Below, piece by piece: positions 36,228 to 47,353 of a DNA stretch of 64,000 bases. The position numbers were made by a program, and so were the translations under genes. The DNA is from Alloascoidea hylecoeti (Eukaryota), in the NCBI GenBank assembly GCA_001600815.1, contig BCKZ01000016.1:423077-487076 (forward strand), read 5' to 3'. The notes beneath the pieces were generated by a model. That model did not search any database and was not told where the DNA came from. It saw nothing but the letters and a program-made list of their open reading frames with translations. How positions within the stretch are numbered: the first letter of the stretch is position 1; each line of letters starts with the position of its first letter.

Positions 36228-37115
36228 TTACATTTGATAGGTTAGGAGATGCCAAATAGCAAGTACAAAATTTCCAATAAATTTAACCATCCAAGTGAAA
36301 ATATAACCCAACTGTAAAACCAAATAAACAACCGTATTTAAAACAACTTTAACAAAATTCATGCTTGATAACTCATCTTTTTGTTTACTTGGTGAGTTGG
36401 GTGGGGATTTAAAGGAGTTTATAGTAGTATAACAAAGAAATATAGTTAAAAGAATAGTCAAATAAACGATTAAGTCGTGGACATTGTTATTGAATATATA
36501 CTTGAAGAATAAATCAGAATAAATTAAAGGACGGGGACAACTTGGTAATGAAGGCGAATTGGTTTCGGACTTAGGAATTGATGAAGTAGTATAACGATGT
36601 GAAAATGTTTTAGTCGATAAATTTGGTAATGATTTTTGAGACAGGTGAGAAGAGGCTGATAATGATGGGATGCTTTTCTGTTTATTAATATTTCCACTGG
36701 GAGATCTTGGGATTGGTTTAGGAGAACTAATTTTAGGCCCAGGTGATAGAGCATCATATGTTAAATTTCTATGCATAAACAAGGGTGAATTATAATGTGA
36801 TTTAGTGGGAGACATTGAAATAGAAACTTCAGAACCATGAGCAATAATAGGATTCAAATACGTTTGTGACATTGAATGCTTTAATGAAGATGGTTTCGGC
36901 CTGTTAAATGAATCGATAGATGTCACAGATCTAATAGAACCTCTTCCATAGACATAATTGGAATAACTATTATCCTCATAAACAGTAGCGTCATCATCTT
37001 CAAAATTTAGGTTATTATTATCTTCATGAAAATTCTGAAGTCCCTTATGTAATATAGCATCCTCAACATTACCAGATATACCCCTAGTAACTTTCTCCCT
37101 TGTCACCGGCATCAT
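36228..37115 (-). CDS. Unknown Ser/Pro-rich protein with C-terminal TM segments, overlapping the Dma1-like gene in the +1 frame
   Basis: Frame open 37571-36228; ATGATG at 37115 gives 295 aa; two hydrophobic segments at the C-terminus. Start and mode of expression unresolved. Confidence 0.65.
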   Translation of the reverse strand: MMPVTREKVTRGISGNVEDAILHKGLQNFHEDNNNLNFEDDDATVYEDNSYSNYVYGRGSIRSVTSIDSFNRPKPSSLKHSMSQTYLNPIIAHGSEVSISMSPTKSHYNSPLFMHRNLTYDALSPGPKISSPKPIPRSPSGNINKQKSIPSLSASSHLSQKSLPNLSTKTFSHRYTTSSIPKSETNSPSLPSCPRPLIYSDLFFKYIFNNNVHDLIVYLTILLTIFLCYTTINSFKSPPNSPSKQKDELSSMNFVKVVLNTVVYLVLQLGYIFTWMVKFIGNFVLAIWHLLTYQM

Positions 37116-39129
37116 CGTCGAGAGAGTTCTCGGATCCTGATTGTGATACAACACCCGATTCGAGTTCATTCGTACTGCTCTCTCCTGAAGATCTCCTGGG
37201 ATTTGTTTCCGAATTTGTAGATGTGGACGCACCTGTGGCGACGCCAGACGTGTGTGTGGTTCCTCTTTCTGTGTTAGAAATTGGTGGATTGAAGCTTGGT
37301 GATGCTCTCCCAATGTTGGAAGATTCATTTCCGAAGGCATTCCCATTTTCACTGATGATATCATTGGCGGAATTTGCTGGACTTGAACTGGTTGAACGAT
37401 CAGGTCCTGGTTCTTCACGGATTGGTTGAAATTCAGATCCGTTCGTAGTTGATGATCCCACGATTCCCGCGAGGTTATTATAGGTTTCTGAGTTTGATAG
37501 TAGTTGTTGTAATTCTTCATCTGTACTTCGAGTATAATAACGGAGAGATAAGTTTTCACCGGAAGCAGTATTTAAACTCAAAATGTTAACAGCAGTGTCT
37601 CTTCTAGATGAACTAAAGTCTGGTCTGGATGGATTAGAAGAGGATAAATGTGAAGAAGTAACAGTTTGGGAGAGTGGTTGTTCATTTAAATTGTCTGCAG
37701 TACCCCTGAAAGAATTGTCATGCTCCGCTGTAAAGTTACCATCTTCAGCACTCGTGACGACATTATTTGTCAAATCACTGGAACGACTGTAATCATGAGT
37801 TTGTTCATTTGAGTGATCGTCTAATAAATCTGTTGTCGTGTTAACGTGTCCCAATTCGACATCGCTTTCACTTGAAGAATCTTCATCATTACTTTCAACA
37901 TCCATTTCTAAATCAAAAACTGCTCTACAATTGGGACAGCTAAAGTGAGGGTATGCTTTAACTATGAGAGGTCTAATACATTTGTAATGCCAGGTATGAG
38001 AGCAAGGAGCGAAAAAAAGTGGCTGATAGGGAGATATTGGTAACAAACAAATAGAGCATTCGGTGGATTCACCCGATGTAGTATGTTCTTCAGCTAAAGC
38101 CCTCAGTTTAGATAGAGCTGTAACATTAAATTTTGATTGTTTTCGCTTCCAAACTCCATTAACTTCGACTCTCATCCTAACACATTTATAAATATTTGAA
38201 TTTCCACCGCCTCTAAAATCAACACCTAGTTGAATCATATCACCATCATTTATTTTACAATATTCACTTTCCACACCTGCCGGCGATAGTCGTACATGAT
38301 TCAAAAAGGTGCCTGAAGAAGATTTGACATCTTTGATATACCACTGACCTTCCGAATCAACCATGACCTCGGCATGGGATCTAGACACGACCTTTGATTT
38401 AAATGTAATAGGGCTGCAATGTGCTGTTGCTACCAAATGTTTCTTTTTTTCTGTGTAACGGCCGATTGGTATTAAAGTGTCAGAAGTAGCTTTTCTTTCA
38501 ATAGGACCAAAATACAACGCTTGTGAGGAAGATGAATGGTCTATAAAAGGTATAAACCGGATAGAAAATTTAGAATGGTGGCGTTCGTTTGGATCACTCG
38601 TTGTTGTTATTTGGGGTTGTGAGGAAGAAATTTGAGAAGGTTGATTAGTGGAAGGATTTGCAGGCGAACCTGTAGAGTTTGTATTGTTATTTGAAGGGGA
38701 TACCGAGGTAGCATTTGTAGAATTTAGTTCCCCCGAGGCTCCCACACCTGCTGAGTTTTCAGATGAAGGGACGTTCCCATATAGAACAGCTGATGAAGAT
38801 GCTCTTCTTTCAGGGTGGAAACCACCATTTGAAGATCTAAAAGAAGAGAAGAATGAATGACCATTATAGCTTTGGCCAGTGTTTGAGGAAGAAACAGTTG
38901 GTGATCTTGCAGTAGAAGTTGTATTTGTCCCCAACCCTGGAGATGAAGTAGTATTATTTCTGAAAGAGAATGAGGCGAGCCCGGACAACGAAAGTAAGGA
39001 GGATTTTTTTGCTCTTGATATGCCCTGGGCGACATTACTTTGTGACCTTGATCTGCTTGAATGGGACTGTGAGCGGGACTGGTCCGTTGAGTCGGAATGG
39101 GCGGATCCACTAACGACGTACGGCATCAT
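37084..39129 (-). CDS. DMA1: FHA-RING E3 ubiquitin ligase (Dma1/Dma2-like)
   Basis: FHA (IGRYT...FKSKVVSRSHA...DVKSSSGTFLN) and RING-H2 (CSIC...PCSHTWHYKC...CPNCR); first ATG at 39129. Confidence 0.9.
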   Translation of the reverse strand: MMPYVVSGSAHSDSTDQSRSQSHSSRSRSQSNVAQGISRAKKSSLLSLSGLASFSFRNNTTSSPGLGTNTTSTARSPTVSSSNTGQSYNGHSFFSSFRSSNGGFHPERRASSSAVLYGNVPSSENSAGVGASGELNSTNATSVSPSNNNTNSTGSPANPSTNQPSQISSSQPQITTTSDPNERHHSKFSIRFIPFIDHSSSSQALYFGPIERKATSDTLIPIGRYTEKKKHLVATAHCSPITFKSKVVSRSHAEVMVDSEGQWYIKDVKSSSGTFLNHVRLSPAGVESEYCKINDGDMIQLGVDFRGGGNSNIYKCVRMRVEVNGVWKRKQSKFNVTALSKLRALAEEHTTSGESTECSICLLPISPYQPLFFAPCSHTWHYKCIRPLIVKAYPHFSCPNCRAVFDLEMDVESNDEDSSSESDVELGHVNTTTDLLDDHSNEQTHDYSRSSDLTNNVVTSAEDGNFTAEHDNSFRGTADNLNEQPLSQTVTSSHLSSSNPSRPDFSSSRRDTAVNILSLNTASGENLSLRYYTRSTDEELQQLLSNSETYNNLAGIVGSSTTNGSEFQPIREEPGPDRSTSSSPANSANDIISENGNAFGNESSNIGRASPSFNPPISNTERGTTHTSGVATGASTSTNSETNPRRSSGESSTNELESGVVSQSGSENSLDDDAGDKGESY

Positions 39130-39759
39130 TCTAGGGTTAGCTGGGGAGCTAAGGATTGTAGAGAAGTAAGTACGGTAGGAAGGTGACTTTTGCACTCCAA
39201 ACAACCGTGCAACCCAATTTCAAATTTCCCAAACTTTTTCTTATGCATGGGGTTAAAACAATTTTATTTTTATATTTTTTTATTATTCTATATTTTCTAT
39301 ATTATATTTTCTATTTTTTGAGTCCGTTCCTGAACTCGTTTCCAAAGAGCTTTGCAAACAGGAAAACCTTCCCGGTCCGGCTGCTAGGGTTGAGGGCCCG
39401 GGAAGAGTGTGAGTTGAGGGCGGGGCCCTTCGAGAGAGGATCCACATAGTGATCTACCGGGATTTTGTTGACCTTGTTGTAGACGGAACGGACGAAAGAA
39501 TGGAACAGTGGGGAGTTCAGCAGCTGGCCAGGCCGAGTTAGCATTCTAGTTGTAACTTCACTTGATAACTAGTAGATACTTACCGAGTCCACTATGAACT
39601 TGTAGAGAAGCTGAGAGGGCATTTTATAATTATGCATTTTGTGCAAACCCCCGCCGTGAGTTGCCTAGTCGGTTGGATCTTAACTCCGGGTAACCGTTCG
39701 GATTTCTATAAATATGGAAAAATCGCATTTGTAAAGATAAAGATAGAGATCAGAAACAA

Positions 39760-40809
39760 ATGACACAAGTCGTTCTTATTGGTTCTGGTGGTGTTGGCAC
39801 CATTGCATCCCTAGCCCTCTTCCTAGCTGGAAAGGCGACAGTTTCCTCTATCCTCAGGTCTGACTACGATCTAGTCAATTCAAAAGGTTTCACCATCAAT
39901 TCATCTCAATATGGCCATTTCGATGGTTGGAAACCCCACAATGTCTTTAAATCTATTGATGAGGCGGCTGAAAAGCTACCCTCAATTGACTACATCGTCA
40001 TTTCCACCAAAAGTTTACAGGATATACTAAGGGTTGATCTTCTTATAAAACCTCTCGTTAAATCCCCCGAAACTACAATTCTCTTACTGCAAAACGGTTT
40101 TGGTATCGAAAGAGACTATATAAAACAATTCCCCAAAAATGTTATATTGTCGGGCGTTTCAATGATTGGCTCTCACAAAATGAATGGGGTTATTGATCAT
40201 ATGGAACCAGACCGAACTGTTATTGGTTATTTTGAGAATAACACTATTCCTGTCGAAAAACAAGAAGCTAAAGCCAAAGAATATATCCGTTTATATACCT
40301 TCGATAAGAATATAGGAATGCTTACTTATGATGATAGTGTCAAATTTTCAAGATGGAGAAAGCTTGTCTATAACGCTGTTTTTAATCCAATTGCTGCTAT
40401 TACAGGCCTTGATGCCGGTAGATTGGAATTATCGGGTACTACTGACTCACTAGTCAGACCTGCAATGGATGAAGTTATTAGAGCTGCAAAAGCTGATGGT
40501 GTTGACCTCCCATCTAATATTGCCGATTTTATGATTCACTCGGATGATGGTCATTGGTTTAAACCATCAATGTTGGTTGATGAATTAAAAGGAAATCCAA
40601 TCGAATCCGAGGCTATATTAGGAAATACATTAAGAAGGGCAAAAGAGCTGAATGTTGAAACACCAATATTAGATACAATCTACAAATTACTCAAATGTGT
40701 TCAATACAGATTGAAAGAACAGAACGGTTATATAAAGCTGCCAGAAAAGAGACCCTCTGGTCCTCCGCCAAAATCAGCAGACCCAGAGAATTGGTTATAT
40801 GATATATAA
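39760..40809 (+). CDS. Ketopantoate reductase (ApbA/PanE) family protein
   Basis: GSGGVG Rossmann motif, LLQNGFG, WRKLVYNAVFNP, SMLVD...PIESEAILG. Confidence 0.9.
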   Translation: MTQVVLIGSGGVGTIASLALFLAGKATVSSILRSDYDLVNSKGFTINSSQYGHFDGWKPHNVFKSIDEAAEKLPSIDYIVISTKSLQDILRVDLLIKPLVKSPETTILLLQNGFGIERDYIKQFPKNVILSGVSMIGSHKMNGVIDHMEPDRTVIGYFENNTIPVEKQEAKAKEYIRLYTFDKNIGMLTYDDSVKFSRWRKLVYNAVFNPIAAITGLDAGRLELSGTTDSLVRPAMDEVIRAAKADGVDLPSNIADFMIHSDDGHWFKPSMLVDELKGNPIESEAILGNTLRRAKELNVETPILDTIYKLLKCVQYRLKEQNGYIKLPEKRPSGPPPKSADPENWLYDI

Positions 40810-41693
40810 TGAAATTATCATTTCAATTATCATATAGTTCTATAACTTATATATAATACAAGTACAACTTTCGCTTAAGTGATTATGATTTATGTATTTT
40901 AAGCAATCATAGAATAATCCCCACCGTCAGCTTGTTAATAATTTTTTGTTATAATTAATGGAAGTTAACGCTAGCGCTTTGTAAGCCTAACTACAAATTA
41001 ATAACAAACATTTTCTACTTTCAAGAAGTTGTATACTAATAGTTGAATAGCTTTATATTTTCTGTTTAGCATCAAATTCCTTCAATTGTAATAATATTAA
41101 AAAGCTTATTTTATTTAACCTGTAACCGTTTTGTAGTACCGCAATGAATAATTATTATGATTTTTTGGACAGAATCTAGAGGAGTCGATTTTTGGACCTT
41201 ATTATTATAAGAGATGAGTTAATTGAATTCTAAGGAAGGAGAAACCGAGGAAGGTTTCGTACAATTGCAATTTCCATGCCTGGTCATGCGTATATGGACA
41301 TCAAGATTTTGCGGAAAGAAACCAGAAGCAGCTTGAACTGATAAATCAATAAGTCATTTAAAATGTATGAGATGACAAGTATCACATTCTGTATATAATA
41401 TAACCTATAGTTATCATCTAACACTACTATTAAAAGATCAGCAGTTTTGTTTTAAGGAAGGGAAAATATTTTGTACCTATCAATTGCGACTGATCATGAT
41501 CATGATGGGTTAGATCACAGGACTAATGGACAATATATTCAGGATCTATTATAAGGTTATAGCATATAAGATCTATAGTTGGTATGATACATATATGATA
41601 CAAAACATATGTGAGCAATTTCTTATTCTTATATCGCTATAGTATGCCGTCTACGGCATAGTTAACTTATGAGCATACTAGGATATACCATGG

Positions 41694-43253
41694 CCACAAC
41701 ATTGTTCTGTTGCAACCAGGAATCATAAAACCAGCGACAAATATATAATATTATTATGCATATAATTATTATCACTAAAATATATTTAATATAATAATAC
41801 TGATAATATTTGCTCAATATATTCTTTTAGTATTTTTTGTTGTGATGTAATATTTCTTCTACGATATCGCGAGTTAGCATTAATATTATAACCCTTATTT
41901 TGAGCTACCTAGATCGAATCTCCCGGTATTTTTTTGGCATCTCCCGAGAATTCTGTGTAGTCAGGGATTTCCCTTAGAAGTCTAAATTCCACTTTGAATA
42001 ACCTTTTAAGTGATATCGAGATGAATTTTTCCTAGATTTTTTCTTTACATTTTCCTCGTTTTTGCTCGTTCAAACTTTTCCAAACTTATATACATGTATG
42101 TAGAATCCAGTGAGGGTCAAAAGCCCATATTTTGGTCGTTGAAAATCCAGAAAAAATATTTTTAGGGGTTATACCCTTTTATTATGCCTTCTGATGTATT
42201 ATAAAAAAATCCTTTTCACACATTCAATACTGGAAATTAGTTCACCCATCGAAAACTTAATTTGGGGAGTATGAGAAACTTATATATAGGCTATAAAGGG
42301 CCTATATTTGGGTGAAGTACATGTAGAGGGCATAAATAATATATCCTGTTCTTTTGTAACACCTAATTGTGTACTTCCTCCATCAAGGTTCCAAATATGA
42401 GAATCCCGTGTTATGAAAGTTTACCCTAGTAAAGTATATCATTCGTTCGTGATCAGTTTGCATCAAGTTTTCTGGTTCCTTTGGGTATACAGAAGTGTGA
42501 GGTGTCTTTCAATGATCAGTATATGATATTTTGCTAAACGATTTTTTGTGATCAATTTCTTTAAACATTTGTTGGCAATTTGTGAGACAGATCTTTTTTC
42601 GCGCTCCATAATCATCGCATAACTAGCGAAAGCGATCTAGACTAGCGGCACAGCTCGTCTTGGTAATTTACTAGAAGTGACCGTGAAAAGTTGATTGAGA
42701 TATTAAACTTGTTGGGAACTTCCACATACGACATCTCCTTGTGCTGTCCCTTATATTTAGCAACTGAGAGTATGAGTCTGCTCTTATGATCGCTCTAAAT
42801 CATTGAAGTCTATTTACGTGGCTTTTTAAATTTTGGTAATGATCTAATGGTTGTTTTAAAAATGGAAAGTTTGGGGTACGGTGATTTTGGAACTTTTTCG
42901 TATTATAGGGTCGTCTTGAATTTGTAAATCTTCTCAATTCTCACAACACACTAAGATCATCGGTTTAATAAAATACGAAAAGTATTCTTTGATCATAAGG
43001 ACATCTTATGATATTAATATGGCAGCTTCCAACTATTTGTGGTACAATGAAAAATTGCCTTTTATGAACGGATCTACTGAGCTCGATCAGGCACCAAATT
43101 TTAGAAGAATTCTCACACCACAGGAAAAATTACAAAGAAAAAACAAAGACTACCAGAAGAATGAGATTAAGTAGATTTTATCGATAGTATTTATAATAAG
43201 ATAAGTCTTATATTTGTTGTTAGTTTTGTAGTTACAACAGAACAATGTTGTGG
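41694..43253 (-). mobile_element. Degenerate pogo/Fot1-like DNA transposon, copy 2
   Basis: TIRs CCACAACATTGTTCTGTTG at 41694 and inverted ending at 43253 followed by TA; the interior aligns by eye with copy 1 in reverse, including the HTH relic (about 42690-42735) and IWNLDGGSTQLG (42396-42361). Confidence 0.85.
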
Positions 43254-43786
43254 TATCTGAATGCAATGCTTGCTCTCTAAAACTTTAAATATTGACTCGA
43301 AAACACTATAACCATAAACAAGTGATTTTCGAATGGCTGACATTATGACTCTTCCGGTTCTCAGCTACAATGATGAATTTTCTATTCTAAACTGAATAAA
43401 ACCAACTTTTCACAATTCAATCCACTGCAGTTTTGTCTTGCTGAGATTGTAAGATCTTATAAATTTAGATGTAAACTTTGTTATGATAGTCCAAAGGGAA
43501 GAGGAGAAAATGGATATGTAGGGTTGATTTCTTATTGTTACATACAAGCCTACCCGCCTATATAGCAGTAATATTATATTTTTTTAAAAAGAGTTATAAA
43601 CAACGTATGTATAATTAATAAATTTTAATTGAAATTAGCTGAGAAACGTAACCACTCAAATAATAACATGAACAAACAAAAACATTTATAGCCAATTCAT
43701 TTATTTATATGTTTATTTTTTCATTCAACTACATTGTCAGCGAAATATCTGACATCCTTGGACGAATACCACCTAATAATGATTCT

Positions 43787-45369
43787 TTAGTGACCATTCT
43801 CTTGAATAGGCGACTCTTCGGCATAGCCATCTTCAGTTCCATCTTCATCTTCATCAACACCAGCATTTTCATATTGTTGATATTCAGAAACTAAATCTTG
43901 TAGATTACTTTCTGCTTCTGTAAATTCCATTTCTTCCATTCCTTCTCCCGTATAATAATGTAAGTAGGCCTTACGTTTAAACATCACGGAAAATTGGGAG
44001 TTGGTTCTCGTAAAAACTTCTTGAATTGCCGTTGTATTTGCAATAAAAGTGGCTGATGAATCCAATCCTTCAGGTGGTGTATTACAAAGTGTTGTTTGAA
44101 TATTATTTGGAATCCATTCAACAAAATAAGGTGAGAATTTATTACGCGCTTTGTAGATTGAATCCTCAACCTCTTTCATTGATAATTTACCACGGAAATT
44201 AGTTGAAATACTTAAGTATCTACCATTATAGGGATTAGCATCAACCATAAGATTATTGGCCCTAAATAATTGTGCAACAAGTTCAGATGCAGATGATATT
44301 TGAAATTGTTTAGCATTTGCATCAAATAATGGAGCACAACCAATGCCAAAGAAATGAAGTCTGGGAAAGGGAACCAGGTTAACTGCCATCTTTCTTAAAT
44401 CTCCGTTTAATTGACCGGGAAAACGTAATGAAGTGGTGACTCCTGACATTGCTAATGATATTAAATGATTTAAATCATTGATACTTGGTGTTTTGATCTT
44501 CAATGTATTCATTGAAATATTGTAAAGCGCTTCATTGTCCAAACAAAATGTAGCATCAGAACAGTTAATTAATTGATTCATCGAGAGTACTGTATTGTAG
44601 GGTTCTGTAACTGTATCAGATACTTTCTGACTTGGCAAAATGGAATAAGTGGAGAGCATCCTATCAGGATACTCTTCTTGTACATTAGACAATAACAAAG
44701 TTCCAAGTCCAGATCCAGTACCACCACCTAAACTATGTGTCATTTGGAATCCTTGTAAGGAGTCACATTGTTCTGTTTCTCTTCTTATGGCATCCATTAC
44801 TTGCTCTACTAATTCGGCTCCTTCAGTATAGAAACCTTTGGCCCATAAATTACCAGCACCGGCATCACCAGAAATTAAATTATCAGGTCTGAATAGCGAG
44901 CCAAGAGTTCCGCTTCTTAAATTATCAATGGTACCAGGTTCCAAGTCAACTGCAACAGCTCTAGGGACATATTTTGAATTGGAAACCTCGCTGAAAAACA
45001 CGTCAAGCCTAGATGTCGTGAACCCTGATGCTGATCTACGCCGAAGAAACCCCTTCGAATCCACATTGTGTTCTTGAGAGATGGTTTCCCAAAAACTAGT
45101 AGCTATTTGATTTCTATATTTAATATACTCATAGACCCCCTCAAAGGGAGGTAGTGTAAATGAATTTGTTAGTTTGTTTCGATGATTTTAGTTATGATCT
45201 AATATGCGCAGATTGATGGGAATAGCTTTGGGCTAAGACACATCATGCATGATAATAAACCTCACGTACCCTAGTCATTTGTTAGTATAAAGATAAAATA
45301 AGAGATCCACAAAGACAGCAGTTATAACGTACCTGCTTGACCACATTGAATGGCCACTATTTCACGCAT
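43787..45369 (-). CDS. Divergent beta-tubulin, 3 exons including a 1-nt exon
   Basis: Exons 45369-45333 (37 nt), 45270 (1 nt), 45113-43787 total 1365 nt; MREIV, GQAGNQI, GGGTGSG, RFPGQLN and [10 protein letters not shown] motifs. Confidence 0.92.
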
Positions 45370-47353
45370 TTTTAACTAGATGATAGTTGGTATATATTTG
45401 TGATGAAAAATCATTGTTTATAAATTAAAAAAGTCACAATAAGGGTGTTGATTACCCGGATCATGCTAAATAATTAAAACAAATTATCACCTGTAACATA
45501 AACCCCTGACACAAGTGCTACTCTCTAGTCAATGTTGTAATCTGCCTTATATATCCAAGTGTAGGGTTATAAGTTATAATGATACACTGAGAGGAGGTAA
45601 AAGGACTTTAAAACACTAAGACATGGCCACTTTTATTTGTATGATTCAGCTTTCTTGATCTGCAGTTAGCGCTATATGCTAATTATCACGGCCAATTGCA
45701 ATTGTGATTACTTGTACAAGGTCTCCCGAAGCTACAATTAAATGATACTATGAAAAACTCCATTTCCAAGACCCCTAGATCTATACCTAATATAATACAC
45801 CATAATACACTCTAATGTCATAATACAAGTTATGATCCATATGTTTCCACTCTGTTACTGATATATCATACAATATATGATGTTATTGAAACATTATTAG
45901 TATTATATATATAAGGGATTGGGGAGATAGCTATACTATTTACGAAGCGTGTATTTGGTGCAATAGGAGTGTTAAGCAATATTAATCATTTAAAATATAT
46001 ATGATCAAGTAGTATCACCTGATTCGTGACTTAGGCCCAGGCTTAATATAATAATAATATTTGTAGATTAGCTAACGTTAACATGTCTATAATACTAATA
46101 ACCAAAAGCTTTAAATTTGGACAAATAAAACAAAATTGATCTTGAAGTGATATCGATGGGCTTGGGCTGTTCTCGATTTTCGAGTTGATATTATCATCTT
46201 GAAGTCTTTTGACTTTCATCAAAGCCCTAAAGCAATTATTGTAATGATCAGTATTAATAGCTAGCTAGGTGTCGTCTAAAACAACTAATACTCAGTAAGT
46301 ACTAAGTAATGATACTCACTTTATATGGTTCATATGCATTACTTGTGTAACAAATTATTAACGATAAAGTACATTAATATTGTCTACGTGCACGCATGTT
46401 TGATCGCAGGGCTGAAGTCATAAACAGTTAAAAATCTAAAAGACAACAATACGAATTCTCCCCTGCAGATGTCATGAGTACTATTTCACGTTCACGTATA
46501 TTATAATTAATTAGTTTTATCATTCTTTGATTGAGCTTGTAATATTATTTGTTTGGGAAATGGATTCCTTAAGATTTAGGATCATACTATTTTAGTATTA
46601 TGCTTTTGCAACAGTAGATATGTACGCATCGCCAGAGAATTAGATAAATGTAAAGCGATTGAATATATGTGTTGATATAATTAATTATAATTACAACTAT
46701 GATATGAGATTATGAATTATAACTAGAGCAATAAATTATAAGCTATTTAAATGGATTCTAGGTTTACCTACCCGATGCATGCAAGGTAATACTTATAATT
46801 GATGACGATCTAGCAAAGTTATATAATTATATAATTAATCAGAGTACAGAAATCTTTTTTATAGCTAGCAATTGTAATGTTGCACTATTTTTAAGCCAAG
46901 TTAATGGAAGTTCTCGATGGGATATCGTTAATCTGTCCTTCTAACGAAAATAACAAGTGTCATAATTATAAAAGTTGAAGAGGTGTTTTAATGGTTAATG
47001 AGATTATTAGAATAATGCACATCCTTTCTGGCTCTATTCAATTACGAGAGCAAAGTAATATCGGAGTAGCATTAATTCAACCTTATGCGGATCACGTGTA
47101 GATCGTTGAGATATAATAATGATAATTATAATACTTTCAAGTAACAGGATCCAAAACGGAAATAATGTGAGCCTTTAAGTAAAAGTGCTAATCAGCCCAA
47201 ACAGGACGCACATAATTAAAAAAGGCCTGAATCAATTGCCTGCAGAGGATAATTCCGGAACTTGCACTTCTGAAATTTCGGAACTGCCTCTTCCTAATTA
47301 GATATCAATAGATTTATTCCTCTTTGTGCCAATCATTTTTCATCTTTTTCACA

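Noticed and set aside
45104..45332. Single-intron model for beta-tubulin using the AAATAG|CTACT acceptor
   Set aside because: In frame, but it deletes the conserved GNQI and leaves a perfect internal branch-acceptor-donor set unexplained.
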